Below are positions 1 through 9,458 of a stretch of 64,000 nt of DNA, in pieces. The notes under the pieces were generated by a model. The model saw nothing but the letters and a program-made list of their open reading frames with translations, made no database searches and had not been told where the DNA came from. Made by a program: the position numbers and the translations under genes. The DNA comes from an uncultured delta proteobacterium (GTDB lineage: Bacteria > Desulfobacterota > Desulfobacteria > Desulfobacterales > B30-G6): positions 192,001 through 256,000 of the forward strand of contig CAWGLD010000004.1 in assembly GCA_963823335.1 (NCBI GenBank). Direction: 5' to 3'. Positions within the stretch are counted from its first letter, which is position 1. The number at the start of each line of letters is the position of its first letter.

Positions 1-1629
1 CCTTTCAACCTGGCAGCCCTGCTGATATTCTTTTGTGCCATTATACACACGTTCCTGGCCAGTAAGTTCATGACTCTGTCACACAAATGGGAACACGAGC
101 ATCAGGACAAACTGAAGCAAGGGATCGCCGACATGGACTCGGTTCATTACGGGGCTGAGTTGTTTCACTTTCTGGGAGAAGTGGAAGTCATCTTCGGTAT
201 CTGGGCCCTGGCCCAGCTGGCAGCCATTATAGGCTTTTTCGACTGGAAAACGGCGGTCAATTACATCGCCTACGACGTCAATTTTGTTGAGGCCATGTTC
301 GTGGTAACGATCATGACCCTGGCTGCCACCCGCCCTATATTGAAGCTGTCCGAAACAATTATGCAGAAGATCGCGGGTCTTCTGGGGGGCAGCCTGACGG
401 CCTGGTGGTTTACCATCCTCAGTCTGGGTCCGATCCTGGGGTCGCTTATCACCGAACCGGCGGCCATGACCATCTCTGCACTGCTGCTGGGTCGCAAATT
501 TTTTCACCTGCAGCCCAGCACCGGATTCAAATACGCCACACTGGGTCTGCTTTTTGTCAACATTTCGGTGGGAGGCACCCTGACACACTTTGCCGCACCG
601 CCGGTGATGATGGTGGCTGCCCCCTGGCAGTGGGACACCCTGCATATGCTTACCCAATTCGGTTGGAAAGCAGTTCTCGGCATACTGCTGGCCAATGGGC
701 TGTACTTTCTCTTTTTTCGCAAGGAATTGACAGCAATGCAGCATGATTTTTCCGTCGAGGAACTCAAGCACCGCATCCAGACCGAGCTGATCAAACGCAA
801 AGATCTGAAGGCTCAGTTCGAAAAGATAGGACTGGAATCGTCGAAAATCCTCGCTTTCGAAGAAACGCTTCACCACAAAACAGAGGAAGTCCTGCAGCAC
901 ATTAAAGTACGCCTGGAAAAAGAGTGCATGCCGCACCTGTTGGGAAAAGGCATCGATGCAGACCTGGTCAAGGAGGCCTTCGACAAACGATTCAAGGAAA
1001 TCGAGCTCCAGAAATTGCGACAGCTTTTTCCTGGTGTACTTCCCGAAGATCAACGACCTTTGTTTGTCGACCCGGAATGGGACAACCGCGACGATCCGGT
1101 GCCCGCCTGGCTGATCGCTGCGCATGTGCTGTTCATGGCCTGGACCATCTTCAACGCCCATTACCCGGGACTGTTTATTCCGGGTCTGCTTTTTTTCCTG
1201 GGTTTTGCCCAGGTCACGGCACCGTTTCAGAATCGCATCGATCTCAAGCCGCCATTGCTGGTGGGTTTTTTCCTGGGCGGGCTGGTGGTACATGGAGGGG
1301 TGCAGGGCTGGTGGATCGAGCCGGTATTAAGCAGGCTAGGCGAAATTCCACTCATGCTGGGGGCCACGATCCTGACCGCCTTCAACGACAACGCTGCCAT
1401 TACGTTTCTCAGCACTTTGGTGCCAACCTTTACGGACAGTCTCAAATACGTAGTGGTTGCCGGTGCCGTAGCCGGCGGCGGGCTCACGGTCATTGCCAAT
1501 GCGCCAAACCCGGCCGGGCAATCACTGCTGAAGAAATATTTTGACGACGCCATCTCCCCGGTGGGGCTGCTCAAGGGCGCCCTTCTGCCGACAGTGGTTG
1601 CTTGGCTGTGTTTTGCGGTTTTTCGTTAA
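1..1629 (+). CDS. putative Na+/H+ antiporter (DUF1504-like), 5' end outside the window
   Basis: Frame is open from base 1 (PFNLAALLIFFCAIIHTFL...). Many TM segments and motifs LGEVEVIFGIW, ITEPAAMT, GGGLTVIANAPNPAG. Confidence 0.8.
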   Translation, partial: PFNLAALLIFFCAIIHTFLASKFMTLSHKWEHEHQDKLKQGIADMDSVHYGAELFHFLGEVEVIFGIWALAQLAAIIGFFDWKTAVNYIAYDVNFVEAMFVVTIMTLAATRPILKLSETIMQKIAGLLGGSLTAWWFTILSLGPILGSLITEPAAMTISALLLGRKFFHLQPSTGFKYATLGLLFVNISVGGTLTHFAAPPVMMVAAPWQWDTLHMLTQFGWKAVLGILLANGLYFLFFRKELTAMQHDFSVEELKHRIQTELIKRKDLKAQFEKIGLESSKILAFEETLHHKTEEVLQHIKVRLEKECMPHLLGKGIDADLVKEAFDKRFKEIELQKLRQLFPGVLPEDQRPLFVDPEWDNRDDPVPAWLIAAHVLFMAWTIFNAHYPGLFIPGLLFFLGFAQVTAPFQNRIDLKPPLLVGFFLGGLVVHGGVQGWWIEPVLSRLGEIPLMLGATILTAFNDNAAITFLSTLVPTFTDSLKYVVVAGAVAGGGLTVIANAPNPAGQSLLKKYFDDAISPVGLLKGALLPTVVAWLCFAVFR

Positions 1630-1741
1630 TCAGGGCCACCCACAAATGGTCTTTTCAGGCCCTGCCTGTGTTGGACGGCATGATTTAACCCTATAGTTGC
1701 ATAAACAACATGGCAAAAAATAGATAATTAGTTGTTGTTAT

Positions 1742-1758
1742 CGGAACTCTCAGTTCCG
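1742..1758. promoter_or_regulatory. CGGAA-N7-TTCCG palindrome, candidate enhancer-binding-protein site
   Basis: cggaactctcagttccg, about 190 bp upstream of a sigma54-like promoter. The same motif occurs twice at 3723-3782. Confidence 0.45.
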
Positions 1759-1828
1759 ATATAGCGTCGTAGAACACTTTTATCGAACGCGACATTGTCG
1801 CTCCATAATGAAAAACAAAAAATCCTAT

Positions 1829-1871
1829 CCTCACAGCAAGTAGCAGGAAACACACTCGCTGTTGCGGTTCA
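1829..1871 (-). mobile_element. degenerate end of the IS200/IS605-like palindromic element family
   Basis: Ends ...cactcgctgttgcggttca, shared with the copies at 4154, 10833 and 39982. Confidence 0.5.
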
Positions 1872-1943
1872 AATTTTAAGATGTTCTCGAGACAATCACC
1901 TGTAACTGGTTTATCCTGAAGACCGGTGTGGAAGAGCATTCCT

Positions 1944-1959
1944 TGGCATGCATTATGCA
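1944..1959 (+). promoter_or_regulatory. sigma54 -24/-12 promoter candidate
   Basis: TGGCATGCATTATGCA fits GG-N10-GC, upstream of the ORF at 2047. Confidence 0.55.
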
Positions 1960-2046
1960 GATCCAAACTGCCGGAGATGTCGTCCATATGTCCTGAATAT
2001 GAAATAAAACCTTCTAAACGGGTTTTGCCGAATCTGTCTGGATACC

Positions 2047-2778
2047 ATGAGAAAACATGAGAAACTGACCATGACTGCAACAAACCAGATCCGGCCACAC
2101 AACAGCCCATGCTCACTGAGACCTTTAGCGGGGCCTATCCTGATTTTGATCATGGTGCTCATTGTTGTACCTGGCGGACATGCATCCGACGATCGGTTTT
2201 CCATGCAGATACAGGACAAAACGCTCGCTGAGGTATTTCAAGACCTGACACGGATATCCGGGCGATCAATTTCATTCGACAAGGAATGGACAGATCAGCC
2301 GATTAACGTCCGCTTTGTCAATCTCACCCTGGAAATGGCGATAACCAAAATACTAACAAACCTCAACCATGTAGTCATTTTTGAACAGGACAACATCCAG
2401 GTCAAGATTTACGGTGTCGCTAGCCCTGAAAAGGATATTAACCGGGCTTCGGCAGTAAATCCGATTCCAAACAGAACCACGACGAATCGCAATGCCAGGC
2501 CCTTGGCAAGGCCCTTTCCGTTAAATACCGGGCAAAAAGATGAGATTGAGGAGGAAACAGAGTTCCAAGAAATCTCGGACCCGGATACCTCTGAAACTGA
2601 AGATGGGGAAGATACGGAAAACATGAACGAAGAAAAGCCGCCCGAGGAGCAGGAAGCAGAAGATACGGAAAACACGAACGAAGAAAAGATACCCGAAGAG
2701 CAGGAAGGAGCAGACGAAAACGAAACAACATCTCCGGAAAGTGACAAAGACACCGAAAGCAGTACTGCAAATGATTGA
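2047..2778 (+). CDS. exported protein with STN-like N-domain and acidic disordered tail
   Basis: Hydrophobic signal/TM segment, then a secretin/TonB short N-terminal-like segment (SMQIQDKTLAEVFQDLTRISG...), then an E/D-rich tail. True start uncertain. Confidence 0.6.
   Translation: MRKHEKLTMTATNQIRPHNSPCSLRPLAGPILILIMVLIVVPGGHASDDRFSMQIQDKTLAEVFQDLTRISGRSISFDKEWTDQPINVRFVNLTLEMAITKILTNLNHVVIFEQDNIQVKIYGVASPEKDINRASAVNPIPNRTTTNRNARPLARPFPLNTGQKDEIEEETEFQEISDPDTSETEDGEDTENMNEEKPPEEQEAEDTENTNEEKIPEEQEGADENETTSPESDKDTESSTAND
2608..2709 (+). repeat. two in-frame 51-bp tandem repeats
   Basis: EDTENMNEEKPPEEQEA / EDTENTNEEKIPEEQEG. Confidence 0.85.
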
Positions 2779-2821
2779 GCATGTGCGCGTTAAAAAACTT
2801 TCGAACGTGCCGGTGTCATCC

Positions 2822-3181
2822 CTATCCGGTGAGCTTTTCCCTGTTCTCCAGAGCAATTTTGCACTTGATACAGTGGCGGGCCACCGGGCGTGCCTCTAAT
2901 CGTTTGATCGAGATCCCGTTCCCGCATATTTCACAAATCCCGTACTCACCGTTTTCAATATTCCACAGTGACTGTCTAATCTTACGAATGAGGGTACTTT
3001 CACGACTCCGGATCCGAAGACGATATTCCCGCTGATACTCGGCATTGGCCTGATCGAGAAGATCTGCAGGAACTTCCTCATTTTTCCGCAATTCGACCAC
3101 AGTATCATCTGCCTGATGGAGCAGATCCTCGAGCCAGGATTCTAAAATATTTTGAAAATATAAACGTTTTTTTTCATCCAT
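2822..3181 (-). CDS. dksA: DksA/TraR C4-type zinc finger protein
   Basis: MDEKKRLYFQ..., coiled coil with ADLLDQA, CEIC...CIKC zinc finger, RLEARP. Confidence 0.85.
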   Translation of the reverse strand: MDEKKRLYFQNILESWLEDLLHQADDTVVELRKNEEVPADLLDQANAEYQREYRLRIRSRESTLIRKIRQSLWNIENGEYGICEICGNGISIKRLEARPVARHCIKCKIALENREKLTG

Positions 3182-3185
3182 CCCA

Positions 3186-3353
3186 TCACCTGTCTGCATT
3201 GTCATCAAAAAAACTCTCTCCCGGGTCCAAAGCATCCTCATTAGCAAGCAATTCCAGAGATACCGAATCTTCCCAGTCCTCATGCAGCACCAGATCATCA
3301 AATTCGGGATCAATTAAAAATTTTGATAGATATTCCATATCGCTATAACGCAT
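3186..3353 (-). CDS. small acidic protein (55 aa), below the ORF track cutoff
   Basis: MRYSDMEYLSKFLIDPEFDDLVLHEDWEDSVSLELLANEDALDPGESFFDDNADR. RBS AAGGGGG; fills the gap between the zinc-ribbon gene and dksA. Confidence 0.6.
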   Translation of the reverse strand: MRYSDMEYLSKFLIDPEFDDLVLHEDWEDSVSLELLANEDALDPGESFFDDNADR

Positions 3354-3362
3354 AATACCCCC

Positions 3363-3578
3363 TTACCATTCTTCATTCCTATGTTTTGACAATGAATCTC
3401 GCTTTCTATTGGCATAATGACGGTCTTCTGACGAATCCATATTCCTGCTCTTATGTTTTCTGCATGACGGACAACGCTTGGGTATGTCATATCCCCGGTC
3501 CTCATATTTTTTCTGTTCCAATACACTAAATTCAAATTCCTCTTCACACTGGATACATACCATCAGTAAATCTTCCAT
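3363..3578 (-). CDS. zinc-ribbon domain protein
   Basis: MEDLLMVCIQCEEEFEFSVLEQKKYEDRGYDIPKRCPSCR, a CxxC...PKRCxxC pattern. Confidence 0.8.
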   Translation of the reverse strand: MEDLLMVCIQCEEEFEFSVLEQKKYEDRGYDIPKRCPSCRKHKSRNMDSSEDRHYANRKRDSLSKHRNEEW

Positions 3579-3722
3579 CTGATTTCTTTCACCTTGATTC
3601 CATGTTTCGGAATAATCTGGCTTCATATTCATAGGCTGGATCCTTTTTGGGGGTTGTACGCTTACGCATTCCTTGACAATTTGATCAAAATAACAATGCC
3701 TTTAATGGCGGAAAACGTTTTC

Positions 3723-3782
3723 CGGAACCGTCAATTCCGCTTTTCACACGTCATTTACTTCGAATCGGAACCATCAATTCCG
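3723..3782. promoter_or_regulatory. tandem CGGAA-N7-TTCCG palindromes 43 bp apart
   Basis: cggaaccgtcaattccg (3723-3739) and cggaaccatcaattccg (3766-3782). Confidence 0.55.
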
Positions 3783-3806
3783 ATTCAAGGCAAATGAGTA
3801 CACTTT

Positions 3807-4055
3807 TCAATGTGCCTGCTTGATAACATCCTGAACATGGATATATGTGACCGTTCCCCATTGCTCAAGCACTCCGGTAACCATAATTTCCTTTCTCAAA
3901 TATGTGGCTATCATATCACTAACATCTTGATTTGATATAATATATTCCTTTTCATTCGCTGATGCGATCTTCAGCGAGGTAATGTTGCCCATTTCATCCC
4001 AATTGGATGGGATCAAAATGCCTTTCAATGAAATTTTTGGTTGTTCTGTGGTCAA
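3807..4055 (-). CDS. hypothetical protein (82 aa)
   Basis: TTG-start ORF directly downstream of a sigma54 promoter; plausible globular composition. Confidence 0.6.
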   Translation of the reverse strand: MTTEQPKISLKGILIPSNWDEMGNITSLKIASANEKEYIISNQDVSDMIATYLRKEIMVTGVLEQWGTVTYIHVQDVIKQAH

Positions 4056-4102
4056 TGTTCATGGCCTGTACTGGGTTTCGTTCAAACCTCATCAGCGGAT
4101 AT

Positions 4103-4118
4103 AGCAACTCTTATGCCA
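4103..4118 (-). promoter_or_regulatory. sigma54 -24/-12 promoter
   Basis: Minus strand reads TGGCATAAGAGTTGCT, close to the consensus TGGCAC-N5-TTGCW. Confidence 0.8.
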
Positions 4119-4153
4119 GAAATTCGATATAGGTCGTGCCACTGCAAGATGGG

Positions 4154-4228
4154 TTGAAGAACCTCGCAGCATGCGAAGCACTGCCGGACGGCAGAACCTA
4201 CGAGGAATGCGCTCGCTGTTGCGGTTCA
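4154..4228 (-). mobile_element. non-autonomous IS200/IS605-like palindromic element (75-nt form)
   Basis: ttgaagaacctcgcagcatgcgaagcactgcc...gaatgcgctcgctgttgcggttca. Near-identical copies at 10833 and 39982. Confidence 0.75.
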
Positions 4229-4258
4229 ATTGTGTTCCGTCGACAAAGACACCTAACT

Positions 4259-5656
4259 TTATTTGAATTCTTCTTTAGATATGTTGTAACGATTCATGAG
4301 TTTGTTCAATTGTCGCGGGCTGATACCGGCCATTTGAGCCGAAGCACTTATTTTACCCTGGTTTCGCATTAGAAGTTTGCGGAGGTAGCTTCGCTCGATA
4401 GTCTCGATCCCTCGCCGGCGTGTTTCCGCCAAGGGCTGAAATGTGGTATTAACCGGTGTATTGATTCCGGAATCATTCTCGAAAAGCTCACTGGGAAAAC
4501 TGTCTACCGTCAAAATCGATGACGTTTCTATAATGTAAGCTCTTTCAATTAAATTTTCCATTTCACGGATATTACCGGGCCAGGTGTATTGCTCAAAAGC
4601 CTCGATTACCCGCTGATCGATATCATGGATCTCCTTGGATTCAAATTTATTGAGCCGGCTCAGAATCGAATTGCAAATTTGAGGCAAATCCTCCAGCCGT
4701 TCCCTGAGAGGTGGTATCTGAATGGGAAACACATTGAGACGATAATACAGATCCTTTCTGAATTCTCCCGTATCACACATCTTCAACAGGTCGGAATTGG
4801 TAGCTGCTATCACACGCACATTGGCTGTTAGGATTTCTTCTCCGCCGACCCGCTGGAAGGTACCGTCTTGAAGAATCTGCAGAAGCTTGACCTGCGCCGG
4901 TGCCAAAATCGTTCCAATTTCATCCAGAAAGATCGTTCCGCCAGCGGCAATTTCAAATCGACCCAGTTTCTTTCTGACGGAACCGGTAAAAGCACCTTTC
5001 TCATGGCCGTATAACTCGCTTTCCAGAAGTGTTTCCGGTATTGCCCCGCAATGCACGCTGATAAAGGGATCATCCCTGCGGTTGCTGTGCTGGTGAATCA
5101 GTCTCGCCATCAGGGTTTTGCCGGTACCGGTTTCGCCCATCAATAACACCGTGCTTTTGGTGGGAGCCACCGAACGAATCTGATCGAATACCTTCTGCAT
5201 GTGCGAATTGTTTGTCCGCACAACATCCAGAGAATCAACACGCCAGAATTTGTCCCGAAGATAGTCAAGCTCCGATGCAATGATAATGGAGTCCCGTATA
5301 TTTTCCGATACAAGCTTGACTTCCGCTTCGTCCACCGGATAGGTCAAATAGTTTCGAGCGCCTGCCTTAACGACCATGACGGTTTGTCGCATATCCGTAG
5401 GGGACGTCAGTACAATGATTTCAATGGCAGGGCTCAACTCCCAGATGGGCAGCAAAGCGGTTTTTAAATGAGGGCCGCATAAATTCCCCAGCAGGATATC
5501 CTGGTCGATAAAAAGATATTCGTAACGCGCTGTTTTAAGAAAACGAAGCGCATTTTCCTTTGAGGAAGCACTGTCAACCCGGTAGTCTTTTGCAAAACAA
5601 CGGCCAATGCTTTGGATGGCATCCTGCTCCGTGGAGACAACCAGAACGGCTTTCAT
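4259..5656 (-). CDS. sigma54-dependent enhancer-binding response regulator (NtrC/Fis family)
   Basis: Receiver-like N-terminus, Walker A GETGTGKT, GAFTGS, FLDEIG, C-terminal HTH. Confidence 0.95.
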   Translation of the reverse strand: MKAVLVVSTEQDAIQSIGRCFAKDYRVDSASSKENALRFLKTARYEYLFIDQDILLGNLCGPHLKTALLPIWELSPAIEIIVLTSPTDMRQTVMVVKAGARNYLTYPVDEAEVKLVSENIRDSIIIASELDYLRDKFWRVDSLDVVRTNNSHMQKVFDQIRSVAPTKSTVLLMGETGTGKTLMARLIHQHSNRRDDPFISVHCGAIPETLLESELYGHEKGAFTGSVRKKLGRFEIAAGGTIFLDEIGTILAPAQVKLLQILQDGTFQRVGGEEILTANVRVIAATNSDLLKMCDTGEFRKDLYYRLNVFPIQIPPLRERLEDLPQICNSILSRLNKFESKEIHDIDQRVIEAFEQYTWPGNIREMENLIERAYIIETSSILTVDSFPSELFENDSGINTPVNTTFQPLAETRRRGIETIERSYLRKLLMRNQGKISASAQMAGISPRQLNKLMNRYNISKEEFK

Positions 5657-5736
5657 GCGCGCACCCTTTGGGTTTGTCTACGACGATTCGTCACAAGCAA
5701 TGTCACGCCATCGCCTTTTAGTGTCCTGCATTAAGT

Positions 5737-6999
5737 TTACAGGTACATTCTATTGAAAACATTCCAAAATTCGGGAAATGACTTCTCCACACAAGATTCG
5801 TCTCTGATGTAAATACCCGGAATTTTAAGTCCTGCGATTGCAAAACTCATGGCAATCCTGTGGTCTTTGTAGGTATCGATCTCGCCGCCATGGGACCAGC
5901 CCCCCTTTACGAGCAGATCCGTATCCGTCCATACCGCTTCTACACCCAGCTTGGACAACTCACTGATAACCGCATCAATACGATCACACTCTTTGGCCTT
6001 GAGATGCGCCACATTCTTTATAACCGTAGTCCCTTCGGCAAATGCGGCCACAACTGCGAGTGTCGGAACCATATCCGGCATATCCTGCATATCGACATCG
6101 ATTGCTGAAAGCGTCCCTCCGGTGACAGCGATACCGTCATCCTGCTTGTGAAGAACACAGCCCATTCTGCCAAGTGTATCGGCAAAACGAACATCCCCTT
6201 GCCGGGAGCTATCTCTGACCCCCATTACCTTGACAGTCGAACCGGTAACCGCGGCCGCGGCCCAGAAATAACCGGCCTGGGAACTGTCCGGCTCCACCGA
6301 ATACCGCCCGGATTTATAAATCTGACCACCTTCGACCATAAACCTGTCATAACCGTCGGATTCCGCCCTGACATTGAATTTGCCCATGACATCGATCGTC
6401 ATGTCTATGTATGGCTTTGAAACAGGTCCCTCGGTAATTTGTATTTCAAGCGTTTTTTCAGAGAAAGGCGCCACTAAAAGCAGCGCTGAAAGATACTGGC
6501 TGCTCATTTTACAGTTCAATTGAATGGTTCCGCCTTTTATACGAGACCCTTTAATTTCGATTGGAGGACACCCGTTGCCTTTAACGGAATAGGCCGGGAT
6601 TCCCATCTGATTCATACTATCCAGCAAGTCCTGGATTGGCCGTTGATGCATTCTTTCTGAACCAACAAGGGTATAGGCACCCTTCCCCAAGGAGACTATC
6701 GGCGTAAGCAAGCGCATGGAGGTACCGGAATTTCCCAGAAAAATCGGTTCTGTCAATGCCTGAAAAGTTCCTTTTGATCCATGTACTTCGATAACGTCTC
6801 CTGAATCGTCAATTTGTATTCCCAGCTTCATCAGCGTTTTCTGGGTCAACAGGGTGTCTTCACTTCTCAAGCAGTTATTCAGTACGCAGACCCCGTCAGA
6901 CAAAGCCGCGGCAATAAGCATCCTATGGGTATAGCTTTTTGACCCGGGAACGTTTATCTCAATATTATTTTTGATCTCTGCAGGTTTAACTTCAATCAT
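5737..6999 (-). CDS. aroA: 3-phosphoshikimate 1-carboxyvinyltransferase
   Basis: PGSKS, GNSGTSMR, SSQYLSALL, KECDRI, DHRIAMSF motifs. Confidence 0.97.
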   Translation of the reverse strand: MIEVKPAEIKNNIEINVPGSKSYTHRMLIAAALSDGVCVLNNCLRSEDTLLTQKTLMKLGIQIDDSGDVIEVHGSKGTFQALTEPIFLGNSGTSMRLLTPIVSLGKGAYTLVGSERMHQRPIQDLLDSMNQMGIPAYSVKGNGCPPIEIKGSRIKGGTIQLNCKMSSQYLSALLLVAPFSEKTLEIQITEGPVSKPYIDMTIDVMGKFNVRAESDGYDRFMVEGGQIYKSGRYSVEPDSSQAGYFWAAAAVTGSTVKVMGVRDSSRQGDVRFADTLGRMGCVLHKQDDGIAVTGGTLSAIDVDMQDMPDMVPTLAVVAAFAEGTTVIKNVAHLKAKECDRIDAVISELSKLGVEAVWTDTDLLVKGGWSHGGEIDTYKDHRIAMSFAIAGLKIPGIYIRDESCVEKSFPEFWNVFNRMYL

Positions 7000-7142
7000 T
7001 TCTTTTGTCTTTCTCCAACCCGTAGCTGACGCCCTTCAACACCGTTTAAAAGTGCTTATGCCGAAATTTTGGTTCCAAGTCCAGATATTTATCTTTGATG
7101 GTCATTATTTTTTCGGCATTTTCAATATCGGCCCCAGAAAAA

Positions 7143-7270
7143 TGAACCGTAACAGCGAGTGGATGCACAGGGATGTATGTGTCCCTGCCAGGACACGGAT
7201 CTGTTTCTACGCACCATAAAGTCGATGTCGTCAAAGAATTCGTGCCCGGGTGGAAAGTCCGTCTTTTCAA
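7143..7270 (+). mobile_element. divergent copy of the IS200/IS605-like element, opposite orientation
   Basis: Starts tgaa|ccgtaacagcgagtg and ends ttttcaa; the internal sequence differs from the other copies. Confidence 0.45.
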
Positions 7271-7707
7271 ATTTCAATGCTCGGATTGGGCAGGAACGAC
7301 TTGTGTGCGGTTGTCTGACATGAGGTCTTTCGTCCAAATAAAGTCAGATCTGTCGTTTTACCGGTTATAGCCAGATCAGCTCTTAATTTTTGCCGTAATT
7401 ACCTATAAAGGATCACTGAGCTTGTCAATAACATAAAGACCTCAACTTATGCAGGTGTTTTAAGATAGACCCGTCATGACAGGTGTTGATTGCATGCCTT
7501 CCCCTGACAAGCAGCTCAGACAAAAAGAATAATATTTTCTTGGAGCCTCACAAACCTGCATCTGGTAAGCATCTACGAATAGACATGCCTTTACATGGTC
7601 TAAAACTATGCACTATTTCGCGGCCTCCTCTTGACTTTGTTGAATACTTTTATTACACAAAGAGTACTTTCTATCCTTCAGCTCTGAACTCTTTATAAAT
7701 TTAAATC

Positions 7708-8574
7708 ATGCATAAATATTCATGGAAACCTTGGGTGTTGCTGGCACCAGCGATCAGTTCAGTATTTTTTTTACTGGTCATCCCTGTGTGTTTCATCGTT
7801 GTCTACAGTTTCTGGCTTCGATCTCCCACCGGAGCAGATATTGCAGCATTTCAGTTTGGCAATTACAGTAAGTTTTTTGCGGATTTGTTCTACCCAGCCA
7901 TTATGCTTCGAACCATACGCGTTTCCCTGGAAACCGTTGTGCTGTGCCTTGTCATGGGATATATTCCGGCATATTTCTTCTACAGAAGCACCACCCGATT
8001 CAAATCACTCCTTTTGCTGCTGATCATGCTGCCTTTCTGGATCAGCTTTATTATCCGGACAATGAGCTGGATCAATATCCTTGGTGACACCGGTCTTATC
8101 AATCACTACCTGATCAAATTCGGCGTATTGTCCGAACCTATCAGTATGCTTTACAATGAAGGATCGGTTTTGATGGGGCTGATTCAGTATCTCTTGCCAT
8201 TTATGATTTTGAATATTTATGTCAGTCTTGAAGGAATTGACAAGAGTCTTCTGGAAGCTGCTAGAAGCATGGGTTGTACCGAGTGGCAAGCTTTCAAGGA
8301 AGTAACCCTGCCCCTGAGTCTTCCCGGCGTCAGTGCGGGCTGTCTTTTGGTCTTCGTTCTGACCGCCGGCACGTATTTACCGCCTATGATTCTGGGCGGC
8401 CCAAGAAATGAAATGATTTCCAACCTGATTTTCAAGCGGGTGATCGGTACCCTAGACTGGCCCTTTGGATCCGCCATCAGCGTCATATTACTCGGGTTGT
8501 TATTGGTTATCGTTTGGACCTATAACCGGTATCTGGGAATCAACCAGGTATTCAAGAGTTTACAGGGAGAATAA
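7708..8574 (+). CDS. ABC transporter permease, PotB-like
   Basis: TM helices, LPFWISFIIR, EAA loop (LLEAARSMG). Confidence 0.9.
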   Translation: MHKYSWKPWVLLAPAISSVFFLLVIPVCFIVVYSFWLRSPTGADIAAFQFGNYSKFFADLFYPAIMLRTIRVSLETVVLCLVMGYIPAYFFYRSTTRFKSLLLLLIMLPFWISFIIRTMSWINILGDTGLINHYLIKFGVLSEPISMLYNEGSVLMGLIQYLLPFMILNIYVSLEGIDKSLLEAARSMGCTEWQAFKEVTLPLSLPGVSAGCLLVFVLTAGTYLPPMILGGPRNEMISNLIFKRVIGTLDWPFGSAISVILLGLLLVIVWTYNRYLGINQVFKSLQGE

Positions 8575-8578
8575 CGGC

Positions 8579-9370
8579 ATGCGAAAAATTTCCGGCTGGT
8601 CACTCATTCGCCTGTATACAATTTTGGTTTATGTATTTATGTTTGCTCCCATTGTGGTGGTGGTGGTGCTTTCTTTCAATCCTGAACAGTTCGGTTCCTT
8701 CCCCATGAAAGGCTTCAGTCTCAGGTGGTTCGTCAAACTGGCCCACAACCAGACCATATTGATTGCCTTTAAAAATTCCTTGATACTGGGTTCTTTTACG
8801 GCGGTGGTTTCAACGACATTCGGCATCTTGGCATCTCTGGCATTCGTACGGTATAATTTTCCGGGCAAAAACACCATCAACACCTTGCTGTTGGCGCCCA
8901 TCATGATACCCGAAGTCATCCTGGGCGTGGCGCTGCTGCTTTTTATACGATGGCTCCAGCAACCCAAGAGTTTCGCACTTCTGGTCATCGGCCATGTGGT
9001 ACTCACCCTGCCCTATGTGCTCCTGATTGTCCAAGCCAGATTAGGTGGTATCAAGAAAGAATACGAGGAAGCCGCGCAATCATTGGGAGCCAATCCGATT
9101 CAAGCATTCAAGGAGGTCACCCTTCCCTTGTTGATGCCGGCCATCTTAGCAGGGATGCTGTTTTCTTTCACCATCTCCTTTGACGACATTACCGCCACAC
9201 TATTCTGGGCTACCGCCCAGAACCAGACCGTTCCGGTCAAGATATTCGGCATGTTGCGCAATTCCATCAGCCCGGAAATCAATGCCCTGGGAACGGTCAT
9301 GATTGTATTAACCATTGCGACACCGCTGCTGGCAGGCTATCTGTCCAGAAAGCTTTCAAAAGGTTCTTAA
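8579..9370 (+). CDS. ABC transporter permease, PotC-like
   Basis: GFSLRWF, EEAAQSLGA, FTISFDD. Confidence 0.9.
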   Translation: MRKISGWSLIRLYTILVYVFMFAPIVVVVVLSFNPEQFGSFPMKGFSLRWFVKLAHNQTILIAFKNSLILGSFTAVVSTTFGILASLAFVRYNFPGKNTINTLLLAPIMIPEVILGVALLLFIRWLQQPKSFALLVIGHVVLTLPYVLLIVQARLGGIKKEYEEAAQSLGANPIQAFKEVTLPLLMPAILAGMLFSFTISFDDITATLFWATAQNQTVPVKIFGMLRNSISPEINALGTVMIVLTIATPLLAGYLSRKLSKGS

Positions 9371-9458
9371 TCTAATTTGACTTTTCCCGGCCTGCCCTGA
9401 CAAACCCGTTTTTCAACCGGCAGCGGGAAATGATCAAATTTCAAATGAAAGGAGACAC

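Noticed and set aside
79-1293. Long antisense ORFs (for example 79-1293, 20528-21373, 48463-49308)
   Set aside because: They are shadows of well-supported genes on the opposite strand.
3589-3669. 26-aa ORF MRKRTTPKKDPAYEYEARLFRNMESR on the minus strand
   Set aside because: Weak RBS, too short, and no independent support.
7046-7370. Short ORFs upstream of aroA
   Set aside because: They overlap a divergent repeat element and show no RBS or recognisable motif.
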